Source: Candidatus Marinacidobacterium sp. (GTDB lineage: Bacteria; Acidobacteriota; Vicinamibacteria; Marinacidobacterales; Marinacidobacteraceae). Taken from it: a stretch of DNA of 64,000 nucleotides. The stretch's first letter is position 1, and the number at the start of each line of letters is the position of its first letter. Below, piece after piece: positions 9,997-19,717 of this stretch. The position numbers were made by a program, and so were the translations under genes. The stretch is from the NCBI GenBank assembly GCA_965220965.1, contig OZ244852.1, forward strand, positions 2,720,001 through 2,784,000. Direction: 5' to 3'. Under the pieces are notes generated by a model. That model saw only the letters and a program-made list of their open reading frames with translations, searched no databases and was not told the origin of the DNA.

Positions 9997-11295
9997 ATGG
10001 CGACGAACGGTCTGGAGTCCGGCATCGAGCGGGTCCTGGCGCGCGAGATCCTCGACTCGAGGGGCCGGCCGACGGTGGAAGCCGAGGTGTGGCTCGACGG
10101 GGGCGCCATCGGCCGGGCGGCGGTCCCCTCGGGAGCCTCCACCGGAAAGCACGAGGCGCTGGAGCGCCGTGACGGAGACCCGGACCGTTACCGCGGGCGC
10201 GGGGTGCGGCGGGCGGTCGAGGCGATCGAGGGCCCCATCGCCGCCGAGCTCCTCGGCGAGGACGCCCTCGACCAGGCGAGCGTGGATGGACTGCTGGTGG
10301 AGCTCGACGGGACCCCGGACCGCTCCCGCCTGGGGGCGAACGCGATCCTGGCGGTGTCGCTCGCGAACGCGAAGGCGGCTGCGGCGGCCTCCGGCGTTCC
10401 GCTCTACCGCTGCCTCGGCGGCGCGCTCGCCGACACCCTCCCCGTCCCCTTCTTCAATGTGCTCAACGGCGGCGCCCACGCCGACAACGCCCTGCTGGTT
10501 CAGGAGTTCCTCGTGGTCCCGCTGGGACGCGAGAGCTTCGCCGAGGCGCTCCACGCCGGCGTCCTGGTGTTCGAGGCGCTCCGCGAGAAGCTCGCCGAGC
10601 GCGGGCTGTCGACCTCGGTCGGCGACGAGGGCGGCTTCGCTCCCGCGCTCGGGGACGCCGCCGAGGCGCTGACCCTGCTCGTCGAGGCGGCGGAGCGCGC
10701 CGGATTCCGGCCGGGCGAGGATCTGGGTCTGGCGCTCGATGTGGCGGCCACCGAATTCCAGCGAGCCGCGGGCTACCACTTCCCGGATCCCGGCGGACCG
10801 CCGGTTCCGGCGGAGGCGATGATCGAGACCTACGCCGGATGGGTGGAGCGTTTCCCCGCGCTGCGATCCATCGAGGACGCGCTCGGCGAAGACGACTGGG
10901 ATGGATGGCGGGCCCTGACCTCCGAACTCGGAGACCGGATCCAGCTCGTCGGCGACGATCTCTTCGTGACCCGCGAGGACCGGCTCGAGCGCGGCATCCG
11001 CGAGGGGGCGGCGAACGCGGTGCTGGTCAAGCCGAACCAGATCGGTGTCCTGACGGAGACCCTCGGCGTGATCCGCCGCTCCCGGCAGGCCGGTTGGGGC
11101 TCGATGGTGAGCCACCGGTCCGGCGAGACGACCGACACCTCGATCTCCCATCTCGCGGTGGGCGCCGGCGCCGGGCAGATCAAGGCGGGAGCGCCCTGTC
11201 GCGGCGAGCGGGTCGAGAAATACAACGAGCTTCTGCGGATTCAGGAGGACCTCGGTCCGCGCGCCCGGCTGGCGGCCGATCCCGGACCCCGGTGA
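9997..11295 (+). CDS. eno: Enolase (phosphopyruvate hydratase)
   Basis: AREILDSRGRPTVE, VPSGASTG, VGDEGGF, VGDDLFVT, KPNQIG, SHRSGET, GQIKAG..ERVEKYNELLRI. Confidence 0.98.
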   Translation: MATNGLESGIERVLAREILDSRGRPTVEAEVWLDGGAIGRAAVPSGASTGKHEALERRDGDPDRYRGRGVRRAVEAIEGPIAAELLGEDALDQASVDGLLVELDGTPDRSRLGANAILAVSLANAKAAAAASGVPLYRCLGGALADTLPVPFFNVLNGGAHADNALLVQEFLVVPLGRESFAEALHAGVLVFEALREKLAERGLSTSVGDEGGFAPALGDAAEALTLLVEAAERAGFRPGEDLGLALDVAATEFQRAAGYHFPDPGGPPVPAEAMIETYAGWVERFPALRSIEDALGEDDWDGWRALTSELGDRIQLVGDDLFVTREDRLERGIREGAANAVLVKPNQIGVLTETLGVIRRSRQAGWGSMVSHRSGETTDTSISHLAVGAGAGQIKAGAPCRGERVEKYNELLRIQEDLGPRARLAADPGPR

Positions 11296-11900
11296 CGGCG
11301 CCCGACTCTCCCTACCGCATCCGGCAATACCCGCTGGACAGCGGGGCCCTCGAGATCCAGTTCATCGAGGAATTCTTCGGCGAGTTCGACCGGAAGAAGA
11401 CCGTTCCCGAGATCCTCTCCCGGCTCCGGGGGCGGGAGCACGCGATCCTGATGGTCGAGGCCGAGCTGCCCGAGGAGCCGGGCCGCTGGGCGCCGGTCTC
11501 CTACCGCGTCGCCCACGAACTGCGCGCGGGAGACGAGGACCCCAGGCTGGCGGATCTGGTGGAGCGGCTCTCGGGAAGGGTCCGGTTCGCCGGGCAACGC
11601 GTTCTCTACGCCTGGCTGGGCGGGACGCGCAGCGACTGGCGAGGGCAGGGGCACTTCCGGGCGCTGTCGGAGTCGCTCGAGGAGTGGGCGGTGGAGCAGG
11701 GGTTCCGCGAGATCGTGGTCAAGACGAAGAACCGCTACTACGAGATGCGCGGCACGCTGACCCACCTCGACTTCGACGTGATCCACTACGAGCCGCATCC
11801 GCTGCACAACGGCGAGTCCAAGGTCTATCTCTCGAAGCGCCTCGGATCCAGCCTGCGCCGCCGTCCGCGCCTTTCGCTGGATCGCTACCAGGCGGTCTGA
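11292..11900 (+). CDS. GNAT-family N-acetyltransferase
   Basis: GTG start overlaps the eno stop (GTGA); acetyl-CoA motif WLGGTRSDWRGQGHFRAL, then EWAVEQGFREIVVKT. Confidence 0.75.
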   Translation: MTAPDSPYRIRQYPLDSGALEIQFIEEFFGEFDRKKTVPEILSRLRGREHAILMVEAELPEEPGRWAPVSYRVAHELRAGDEDPRLADLVERLSGRVRFAGQRVLYAWLGGTRSDWRGQGHFRALSESLEEWAVEQGFREIVVKTKNRYYEMRGTLTHLDFDVIHYEPHPLHNGESKVYLSKRLGSSLRRRPRLSLDRYQAV

Positions 11901-11972
11901 CCGCGGGGCGGAACCCCCGTCCGGGTGCGGTATCTTCGGCGCCGGTCGCTCGACGCGGCCCGGGAGCCGGTC

Positions 11973-14039
11973 ATGATGAGAACTGCTCGCCGGGGTTTCC
12001 TCCTGGCGCTTTGCCTTGCGCTATCACCCGGCGCCGCCGGCATCGCGACCGGCGAAGTCGTGGGGTTCGAGATCACCGAGCGTTCGGACCTTCTCGACGG
12101 GCGGTCCTTCGGGCTGGCGGGGCCCTACGAGCGGATCGTCGGCGTCGTCCGCTTCGCGTTCGATCCGGACAACGAGGCGAACCGGATCATCGCGGACATC
12201 GGTCTCGCCCCGAGGAACGACGAGGGCCGCGTCGAGATGTCGGCCGACTTCCACCTGCTGCGCCCGAAAGTGATGCAGAAGGGACGGGGAACGCTTCTCC
12301 TCGAAGTGAACAACCGGGGGCGGAAGGGTCTCCTCGGCTACTTCAACATGGCCGAGGGAAGCCTCATGCCGCGCACCGAGGCGCACTTCGGGGACGGCTT
12401 CCTGATGCGGCGGGGCTTCACCCTGCTCTGGCTCGGCTGGCAGTGGGATGTCCCTGACGACGACCCCCTGCGCATGCGGATGCATCCCCCGGTCGCGACC
12501 CATCCCGACGGATCGCCGATCCGCGGTCTGGTGCGCGCCGACTTCGTCGTGCAGAGCCAGCGGCCGCATCACACCCTCGCCGACCGGAACCACCGCCCCT
12601 ACCGGGTCGCCGACCCCGACGACGGGGCGAACGTGATGACCGTCCGGCGCCGCGTCGAGGACGAGCGCGAAGAGATTCCCCGGGAGCGCTGGGGCTTCGG
12701 CCGCGTCGTCGACGGTGAAGTCGTTCCCGACGATGGGTCGGTCCACCTCGAGGGAGGCTTCCAGCCCCACCGGATCTACGAGGTGGTCTACCGGTCGGAG
12801 AACCCGCCGCTCGTGGGTCTGGGCCCGGCCGGGATCCGGGACTTCGTGACGCTGTTGCGCCACGACGGCCACCAGGATCTCGGCATCGAACCCGGCGACA
12901 TCCGGAACGCCCTCGGGTTCGGGATCTCCCAGAGCGGACGGTTCCTGCGCACCTTCCTCTATTACGGGTTCAACGGCGACGAGCAGGGCCGCCGGGTCTT
13001 CGACGGGGTGATCTCCGATGTGGCCGGCGGGGGCCGCGGCAGCTTCAACCACCGCTTCGCCCAGGCCTCGCGCGACGCGCACCCCTACCTGAACCAGTTC
13101 CACCCCACCGACATCTTTCCGTTCACCGATGTGGAGCAGACCGATCCGGACACCGGAATGACCGCCGGCCTCCTCAGCCGGCAGCGGGAAGCGTTCTATC
13201 CCAGGGTCTTCTACACGAACTCCTCTTACGAGTACTGGGGGCGCGCCGCCAGCCTGATTCACACCACGATCGAGGCGGACGAGGACGCGCGGATTCCGGA
13301 CCATGTCCGGGTCTACATGTATGCGGGGACCCAGCACGGACCCGCCGGGTTCCCGCCCCGGGTCACGATCGGACAGCAGCGCGCCAACCCGAACAACTTC
13401 CGCTGGGGACAGCGGGCCCTGCTCCTCGCGATGGACCGCTGGGCCTCCGGCGGCGCGCCGCCGCCTCCGAGCCGCTACCCGAGCGTCGAGGCCGGCACCG
13501 CGGTGGCGGCGGAAGAGCTGGGCTTTCCGGCGATCCCCGGAGTCGTGACGTCGGACCGGGTCCACAAGGCCTACCGGGCCGACTACGGCCCCGACTTCGC
13601 CACTCGCGGGATCGTGACCCAGGAGCCGCCGGTCATCGGACGCGCCTTCCCGATCCGGGTCTCCTCGATCGACTCCGACGGCAACGAGGTCGCCGGGGTC
13701 CGCCTCCCGGAGGTCATGGTCCCGCTCGCGACCTACACCGGCTGGAACCTGTTTCACGAGGACGCTGGCCCGCCGGACGAGCTGTCCAGCATGGTCGGCT
13801 CCTTCCTGCCGTTCCCGCGGACCGCGGCCGAGCGGGAGGCCAGCGGGGATCCGCGCCGCTCCGTCGAGGAGCGCTACGCCGGCCGGGCTGACTACCTCGG
13901 CCGGTTCACCGAGGCGGCGCTCGATCTGATCGACGCCGGCTACCTCCTCGGCGAGGATCTGCCTGCGCTCACCCGCCACGCCGGCGCGCTCTGGGACCAC
14001 ATCATGGAAGAAGGCCCCGCCGGGGGCTCCTCGCGTTGA
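11973..14039 (+). CDS. Secreted alpha/beta hydrolase domain protein (Abhydrolase_10-like)
   Basis: Signal peptide; GPYERIVG, EVNNRG, nucleophile GISQSGRFLR, SSYEYWGRAASL, DSDGNEVAGVRLP, DPRRSVEERY. Confidence 0.8.
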   Translation: MMRTARRGFLLALCLALSPGAAGIATGEVVGFEITERSDLLDGRSFGLAGPYERIVGVVRFAFDPDNEANRIIADIGLAPRNDEGRVEMSADFHLLRPKVMQKGRGTLLLEVNNRGRKGLLGYFNMAEGSLMPRTEAHFGDGFLMRRGFTLLWLGWQWDVPDDDPLRMRMHPPVATHPDGSPIRGLVRADFVVQSQRPHHTLADRNHRPYRVADPDDGANVMTVRRRVEDEREEIPRERWGFGRVVDGEVVPDDGSVHLEGGFQPHRIYEVVYRSENPPLVGLGPAGIRDFVTLLRHDGHQDLGIEPGDIRNALGFGISQSGRFLRTFLYYGFNGDEQGRRVFDGVISDVAGGGRGSFNHRFAQASRDAHPYLNQFHPTDIFPFTDVEQTDPDTGMTAGLLSRQREAFYPRVFYTNSSYEYWGRAASLIHTTIEADEDARIPDHVRVYMYAGTQHGPAGFPPRVTIGQQRANPNNFRWGQRALLLAMDRWASGGAPPPPSRYPSVEAGTAVAAEELGFPAIPGVVTSDRVHKAYRADYGPDFATRGIVTQEPPVIGRAFPIRVSSIDSDGNEVAGVRLPEVMVPLATYTGWNLFHEDAGPPDELSSMVGSFLPFPRTAAEREASGDPRRSVEERYAGRADYLGRFTEAALDLIDAGYLLGEDLPALTRHAGALWDHIMEEGPAGGSSR

Positions 14040-15046
14040 GTCTCTCGCGCCTCTCCGTTGGGGGGTTCCTCGCCGCGGCGCTCGCGGGCGCCCTGGCGGG
14101 AGCGTGCGGGCCGGATGGAGACGGCGTGACGGTCGTCCGGGTCGGCCACATCGGGTTCACCGGTTCGCCGTTCGATTACGGCGCGGGGCGATTCGAGGAA
14201 CTCGTCGAGGCGCGATTCCCGGGGCGGGTGGATGTCCGGGTCTTCGGGGCCGCCCAGCTCGGCGAAGACCGCGAGATGCTCGACGGGCTCCGGCTGGGGA
14301 CGCTGCAGATGCACATCCCGTCGTCGGTGCTCCACTCGGTGGCCCCCGAGTTCGCGCTGTTCGATCTGCCGTTCCTCGTCCAGGACCGGGAACACTTCGA
14401 GCGGATCGCCGCCGGCCCGATCGGCGAGAGCCTGCGCGCGACGCTCCGCCGCGACCACGGCCTCGTCCTGCTGGCGTTCTGGGAGAACGGGTTCCGGGTC
14501 ATCACGAACAACGTCCGTCCGGTCGTGACCCCGGCGGACCTCGGGGGAATCCGTCTGCGGACGCCGAAGGATCCCGAGCGGGTGCGGCTGTTCGAGGTCC
14601 TCGGCGCGAGCCCCGCCTCGATGAGCTTCACCGAGGTGTTCTCGGCGCTGCGGCAGGGCGTCGTGGATGGCCAGGAGAACCCGCTCGCGCAACTGACCGC
14701 GGCCCGCTTTCACGAGGTGCAGCGGTTCCTCTCGGTGTCGAACCACGTCTACACGCCCGCCTACCCGCTCGTTCCGGCCCGGTGGTTCGACGCCTTGCCG
14801 CCGGATGTTCAGGAAGGACTCCTCGCCGCCGCCGAGGAGACCGGCGCCTGGCTGCGGGAGTTCCTCGAAGAGGAGGACCGGCGGCTCCTCGCGATGGTCG
14901 GTGGCGAGCTCGAAGTGAACGAGGTGGACCGCGCCGCCTTCGCGGAAGCCGCGGCGCCAGTGTTCGACCACTACCGGGAGCGCTTCGGCGGGGACTGGAT
15001 CGACGCGGCGCGCCGGCTGGAGGAGACCCCTGCCGGACGTCCCTGA
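14036..15046 (+). CDS. dctP: TRAP transporter substrate-binding protein (DctP family, lipoprotein)
   Basis: Lipobox LAGAC; QLGEDREML, FDLPFL, WENGFR, LRQGVVDGQENP. Confidence 0.93.
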   Translation: MSLSRLSVGGFLAAALAGALAGACGPDGDGVTVVRVGHIGFTGSPFDYGAGRFEELVEARFPGRVDVRVFGAAQLGEDREMLDGLRLGTLQMHIPSSVLHSVAPEFALFDLPFLVQDREHFERIAAGPIGESLRATLRRDHGLVLLAFWENGFRVITNNVRPVVTPADLGGIRLRTPKDPERVRLFEVLGASPASMSFTEVFSALRQGVVDGQENPLAQLTAARFHEVQRFLSVSNHVYTPAYPLVPARWFDALPPDVQEGLLAAAEETGAWLREFLEEEDRRLLAMVGGELEVNEVDRAAFAEAAAPVFDHYRERFGGDWIDAARRLEETPAGRP

Positions 15047-15551
15047 GTCGGCCGGCGCCGGGCGCCCCCGGGCCGCCGGCGAGCGGCTGCTGAACGGCGT
15101 CTGCTCGATCCTCCTCGGCGGGCTCGCGCTCCTGTGCCTGGTGGAGGTTCCGCTGCGCTACGGACTCGGGGGAGGGGTCGGCTTCTACGACGAGCTCGCC
15201 GGGTTCGGGCTCGTGTGGCTCACCTTCCTGGGCGCCGTCCTGGCGCGGCGCGACGGCGCCCACATCGGGATCCGCGATCTGGTGCGACGGCTGCGCCCGG
15301 GGCTCCGCCGATGGGTGCGGCTCACCGAGCACTTGCTCATGGCGCTCCTGCAGCTCGTGATCCTCTGGTTCGGAAGCGTCCTGGCGCTCCGGTTCGCCGC
15401 CGAGCGCGCGATCACCATGCCGCTCCCCATGGGGCTCTTCTATCTGGTTCTGCCGCTGTCGGCCGCCCTGACGCTGTGGCTGGAGACCCGCCGCCTGGTC
15501 GCCGTCTGGCGGCGCGCGGAGGTCGAACCGGCGACCGGGCCGGGAGTCTGA
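15030..15551 (+). CDS. dctQ: TRAP transporter small permease (DctQ family)
   Basis: VPLRY..YDELA..VWLTFLGA...HIGI; four TM helices. The first TM lies upstream of the track start (15141); an in-frame CTG at 15030 follows a GGAGGAG RBS, so the start is uncertain. Confidence 0.85.
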   Translation: MPDVPESAGAGRPRAAGERLLNGVCSILLGGLALLCLVEVPLRYGLGGGVGFYDELAGFGLVWLTFLGAVLARRDGAHIGIRDLVRRLRPGLRRWVRLTEHLLMALLQLVILWFGSVLALRFAAERAITMPLPMGLFYLVLPLSAALTLWLETRRLVAVWRRAEVEPATGPGV

Positions 15552-16847
15552 GTGGAGATCCTGGTCGCGCTGCTCGCGGCGGCGCTCTTCGTGCTGATCG
15601 GGATGCCGATCGGCTACGTGCTCATCGCCGCCTCGGCGCTCGCGATCTGGCTGACCACCGACACGCCGCTGGTTGTGGTGCCGCTGCGACTCTTCAACGG
15701 GACCGACTCCTTCCCGCTGATCGCGATTCCGCTGTTCATCCTCGCCGGGGCGCTCATGAACGCGTCCGGGATCTCCCGGCGACTCACCGATCTGGCGGCG
15801 GCGCTGGTCGGGTGGATGCGGGCCGGGCTGGCGATGACGACGACCGCCTCGAGCATGCTGTTTTCGGAGATGTCGGGATCGGCGGTGGCCGATGCGGCGG
15901 CGCTCGGGAGCGTGCTCATCCCGGCGATGAAGGAGCGGGGCTACCCGGCGCCCTTCGCCGCGGCGGTGCTCTCTTCCTCCGCCACGATCGCGATCCTGAT
16001 CCCGCCGTCGATCCCGATGATCCTCTACGGCGCGGTGACCGGAGCGTCCATCGCCGAGCTCTTCCTCGCCGGCGTCGTTCCCGGCGTGCTGGCCGGGGTG
16101 CTCATCATGCTGGTGAGCCGGGCGCTCGCGCGGCGCGGCGGCTTCGGGGAGTCGGAGGCGTTCCGGTGGAGGCGGACGGTCTCGGCGGCGCGGGCGGCGG
16201 CGTGGCCGCTGCTGATCCCGGCGGTCATCCTCGGCGGAATCTTCCTCGGCTGGTTCACCGCGACCGAGGCGGCGGCGGTGGCGGTGCTGCTCGCGGCCGG
16301 GATGGGGTTCGTCGGCTACCGATCGCTGCGGCGGGCGGCCGCCGCCGAGGCGTTTGTCGAGTCCGCGCGCCAGACCGCGGTCGTCATGCTGCTGGTCGCC
16401 GGATCAGCCGTGCTCGGGTGGTATCTGGCGAACCAGCAGGCGCCGGCGCGGCTGACCGGGTTCGTGCTCTCGCAGGTGGAGGCCCCGTGGGTCGTCGCGC
16501 TCGTGCTCGACGGGATCCTGCTCCTCGCCGGGACGATCCTCCACAGCGCCGCGGCGGTCGTGCTCCTCGTCCCCATCCTGCTCCCCCTCGCCGAGGCGGC
16601 CGGGATCGGTCCCGTGCACTTCGGGATGATGGTCACCGTCAGCCTCGCGGTGGGTCAGCAGACGCCGCCGGTGGCGTCGGTGCTGATCGCCACCTGCTCC
16701 ATCGCGAAGACCGGCATCTGGCAGGTCATGCGCGTCAACATCTTCTTCATCGCCGCGCTGCTTGCGGTCCTCGCCCTCGTCACCTTCTGGCCGCAGGTGA
16801 GCCTCTTCCTGCCCGATCTCCTGCTCGCGGACGGATCGAGCGGCTGA
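15552..16847 (+). CDS. dctM: TRAP transporter large permease (DctM family)
   Basis: SFPLIAIPLFILAG, SGSAVAD, ILIPPSIPMILY, FTATEAA, QTPP. Confidence 0.95.
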   Translation: MEILVALLAAALFVLIGMPIGYVLIAASALAIWLTTDTPLVVVPLRLFNGTDSFPLIAIPLFILAGALMNASGISRRLTDLAAALVGWMRAGLAMTTTASSMLFSEMSGSAVADAAALGSVLIPAMKERGYPAPFAAAVLSSSATIAILIPPSIPMILYGAVTGASIAELFLAGVVPGVLAGVLIMLVSRALARRGGFGESEAFRWRRTVSAARAAAWPLLIPAVILGGIFLGWFTATEAAAVAVLLAAGMGFVGYRSLRRAAAAEAFVESARQTAVVMLLVAGSAVLGWYLANQQAPARLTGFVLSQVEAPWVVALVLDGILLLAGTILHSAAAVVLLVPILLPLAEAAGIGPVHFGMMVTVSLAVGQQTPPVASVLIATCSIAKTGIWQVMRVNIFFIAALLAVLALVTFWPQVSLFLPDLLLADGSSG

Positions 16848-16892
16848 CCAGCCGCGATCCGGGACGATGCGGGGGCTGCAGTCGGGTGGCGG

Positions 16893-16987
16893 CGGAAGCG
16901 TGTGGGAATCGAACCCACCATCCCGGGGGTTAGCCCGGGATCAACGGATTTGAAGTCCGCGGGGGCCGCCAGACCCCATGCGCTTCC
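16893..16987 (-). tRNA. selC: tRNA-Sec (UCA)
   Basis: Minus strand GGAAGCG.../...CGCTTCC-G; 6-bp D stem with 4-nt loop; anticodon loop CTTCAAA; long variable arm ATCCCGGG/CCCGGGAT; T arm GTGGG-TTCGATT-CCCAC. Confidence 0.93.
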
Positions 16988-17039
16988 GGGAAAACCAGCC
17001 CGCGAACCCGCGGGTCCCGAACCCGCTCGGGAGGTCCGG

Positions 17040-17112
17040 TGGAGCTGACGGGGATCGAACCCGTGACCTCGTGAATGCCATTCACGCGCGCTCCCAGTTG
17101 CGCCACAGCCCC
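17040..17112 (-). tRNA. tRNA-Ala (GGC)
   Basis: Minus strand GGGGCTG..CAGCTCC-A with G3:U70; anticodon arm CGTGA-ATGGCAT-TCACG; CCA not encoded. Confidence 0.96.
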
Positions 17113-17311
17113 GAACCGGACGACCTTCGCGGGTTCTCCCGCAGGTCGGGAACCCGCGACTCTACCGCAGCTCCCGCTTCGATGAGGTTATCCGGCCTCG
17201 CTGCGGGAACCCGAAACCAGGCCTCGTTTCGTCGTCTGGCCCGCACGGCGACCCGGTCTCCTGCAGTAGTCAGTTTCTGACTACCCGCGTGCGTATATTC
17301 GGGGGCGCACC

Positions 17312-19717
17312 GTGAGCCAGACAGCGACGCCCTCTCCGCCCCGCCGACTGTCGCGCCGGGTGCGCCCGCGGTCGGGCGCCGATTCGCTTGCGCCGACGCA
17401 GAAGCCGGCCCTCATCCGTTCGCTGGTGGACGATCTGGCGTCCCACCCCACGCTGCGCGGCGTGACCGCGCTGCGGCGCTTCCCGGCGGAGCCGGCGGAC
17501 TACCGCGACTTTCCCGACCACCTCTCGCCGGAACTCGTCGACGCCTACCGGCGACGCGGCGTCACCCGGCTCTATTCGCACCAGCGCGAAGTGCTCGACC
17601 GCGTCGCCCGCGGCGAGCACGTGGCGGCGGTGACGCCGACGGCCTCGGGCAAGACCCTCTGCTACAACGCTCCCGTTCTGGACGGGATTCTCCGGGATCC
17701 GGACACCCGCGCCCTCTACCTGTTCCCCACGAAGGCGCTCTCCCGGGACCAGCTCAAGGAACTCCACGAGCTCGGACGCCTCCTCGGCCCCGAAGTCGGC
17801 GCCGATGTCTACGACGGGGACACTCCGGCGGACGCCCGCCGGACGATCCGTTCGCGGGCTCACGTCGTGGTCACGAACCCCGACATGCTCCATTCGGGGA
17901 TCCTGCCCCACCACACGAAGTGGGCCAAGCTGTTCGAGAACCTCCGGTTCGTCGTCCTCGACGAGATGCACACCTACCGGGGAGTCTTCGGAAGCCACCT
18001 CACGAACCTCCTCCGCCGGCTGCGCCGGATCTGTCGCCACTACGGCTCGGACCCCCTCTTCATCCTGAGCTCCGCCACGATCGCCAACCCGAAGGAGCTC
18101 GCCGGGAACCTGATCGAGCGCCCGGTTTCGCTGGTGGACCGAAGCGGCGCTCCCCGCCCGGAGCGGTACTTCGTCTTCTACAACCCGCCGGTCGTGAACG
18201 CCGAATTGGGGATCCGCCGGTCGGCCCGGCAGGAGACGCGCCGGATCGCGCGGGGCTTCCTCGAGCAGGGCCTTCAGACGATCGTCTTCTCCCGTTCGCG
18301 CAGCTCCACCGAGGTGCTGCTGCGCTACCTCCAGCACGACCTCGAGGATCGCCCGGACCGCAAGGGCGAAGTCCGCGGCTACCGCGGGGGCTACCTCCCG
18401 AAGGAGCGCCGCGCCATCGAGGCCGGCATCCGGAGCGGCGAGATCCGGGGCGTCGTCTCGACGAACGCGCTGGAGCTCGGCATCGACATCGGCGGGCTCG
18501 ACGTCGCCGTTCTCTCCGGCTACCCGGGGACCATCGCGTCCACCTGGCAGCAGGCCGGCCGCGCCGGCCGCCGCGGAGGGGCGGCGGCGGCCGTCCTCGT
18601 CGCCAACTCGGAGCCGGTGAACCAGTTCGTCATCCAGCACCCCGATTTCTTCTTCGAGGCGACTCCCGAGCACGGCCTCGTGGACCCGGACAACCTCGCG
18701 ATCCTCGTCGAGCACATCAAGTGCGCCGCCTTCGAGCTGCCGTTTCAGGCGGGGGAGACGTTCGGCGGCGAGGATCTCGAGGAGCTCCTCGGTCTCCTCG
18801 AGTCCGAGCGCATCCTCTACCGGAGCGGGGACCGCTGGTTCTGGACCGCTGACGCCTATCCGGCGAACAGCGTGAGCCTGCGCTCGGTGAGCTCGGACAA
18901 CTTCGTGGTGCACGACCGGTCGAGCGGCAGGATCATCGGCGAGGTGGACTTCGTGAGCGCCCACTCCTCGCTGCACGAGAAGGCGATCTACATGGTCCAG
19001 GGCGAGACATTTCTGGTCGAGCTGCTGGATCACGCGAAGCGGCGCGCCGAGGTGAACCCGGTGAACGCCGACTACTACACGACGGCGATCACCTACCAGA
19101 AGGTGAGCGTGCTCGACGCCGAGGCCGCCGCTCCGTCGGAGGAGGCGCCGGCGTTCCACGGTGAGGTCCACGTGCGGACTCAGGTCGTCGGCTTCAAGAA
19201 GATCCGCTTCCACACCGGCGAAAACGTGGGGTCGGGCGAGGTCGGGATGCCCGAGGTGGAGATGCACACCACCGCCTTCTGGCTGGAGACGCCGCTCGAG
19301 GTCCTGGCGGAGCTGCCCGGTTCCAACGAGGATCGCCGGGACGGCATCCGGGGCGTCCGGAACGCGATGCGGACCGTGGCGGCGACCTTCCTGATGTGCG
19401 AGCCGCACGACATCGGATCCGCTATCGGGAGCCTCTCTGCGCAGGAAGACGAGGGCGACGCCGCGTCCGGGACGGGCGACCTCCCCGGCCGGCCGCGCAT
19501 CTTCATCTACGACAACTACCCGGGCGGGATCGGGTTCTCGGCGCCGCTCTTCGAACGGCGAAACCGGCTCCTCGCCGACACCCTCGGCCTGATCGAGGCT
19601 TGTCCGTGCGCCGCCGGATGCCCGTCGTGCGTGGGGCCGAAAGGGGAGGTCGGGAGACGGGGCAAGGAGGTCGCGGCGGCCCTCTTGCGCGGCCTGCTGG
19701 GCGGGGCGGCGGAGTGA
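17312..19717 (+). CDS. DEAD/DEAH-box helicase with C-terminal DUF1998 Zn domain (MrfA/YprA-like)
   Basis: LYSHQ, TPTASGKT, FPTKALSRDQ, DEMH, STNALELGIDIG, QQAGRAGR, YDNYPGGIG, CPCAAGCPSC. Confidence 0.93.
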   Translation: MSQTATPSPPRRLSRRVRPRSGADSLAPTQKPALIRSLVDDLASHPTLRGVTALRRFPAEPADYRDFPDHLSPELVDAYRRRGVTRLYSHQREVLDRVARGEHVAAVTPTASGKTLCYNAPVLDGILRDPDTRALYLFPTKALSRDQLKELHELGRLLGPEVGADVYDGDTPADARRTIRSRAHVVVTNPDMLHSGILPHHTKWAKLFENLRFVVLDEMHTYRGVFGSHLTNLLRRLRRICRHYGSDPLFILSSATIANPKELAGNLIERPVSLVDRSGAPRPERYFVFYNPPVVNAELGIRRSARQETRRIARGFLEQGLQTIVFSRSRSSTEVLLRYLQHDLEDRPDRKGEVRGYRGGYLPKERRAIEAGIRSGEIRGVVSTNALELGIDIGGLDVAVLSGYPGTIASTWQQAGRAGRRGGAAAAVLVANSEPVNQFVIQHPDFFFEATPEHGLVDPDNLAILVEHIKCAAFELPFQAGETFGGEDLEELLGLLESERILYRSGDRWFWTADAYPANSVSLRSVSSDNFVVHDRSSGRIIGEVDFVSAHSSLHEKAIYMVQGETFLVELLDHAKRRAEVNPVNADYYTTAITYQKVSVLDAEAAAPSEEAPAFHGEVHVRTQVVGFKKIRFHTGENVGSGEVGMPEVEMHTTAFWLETPLEVLAELPGSNEDRRDGIRGVRNAMRTVAATFLMCEPHDIGSAIGSLSAQEDEGDAASGTGDLPGRPRIFIYDNYPGGIGFSAPLFERRNRLLADTLGLIEACPCAAGCPSCVGPKGEVGRRGKEVAAALLRGLLGGAAE

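Noticed and set aside
16847-17312. Genomic island integrated at selC or tRNA-Ala (also considered for tRNA-Ser and tRNA-Asn)
   Set aside because: No integrase, and no duplicated tRNA 3' end was seen in the window.
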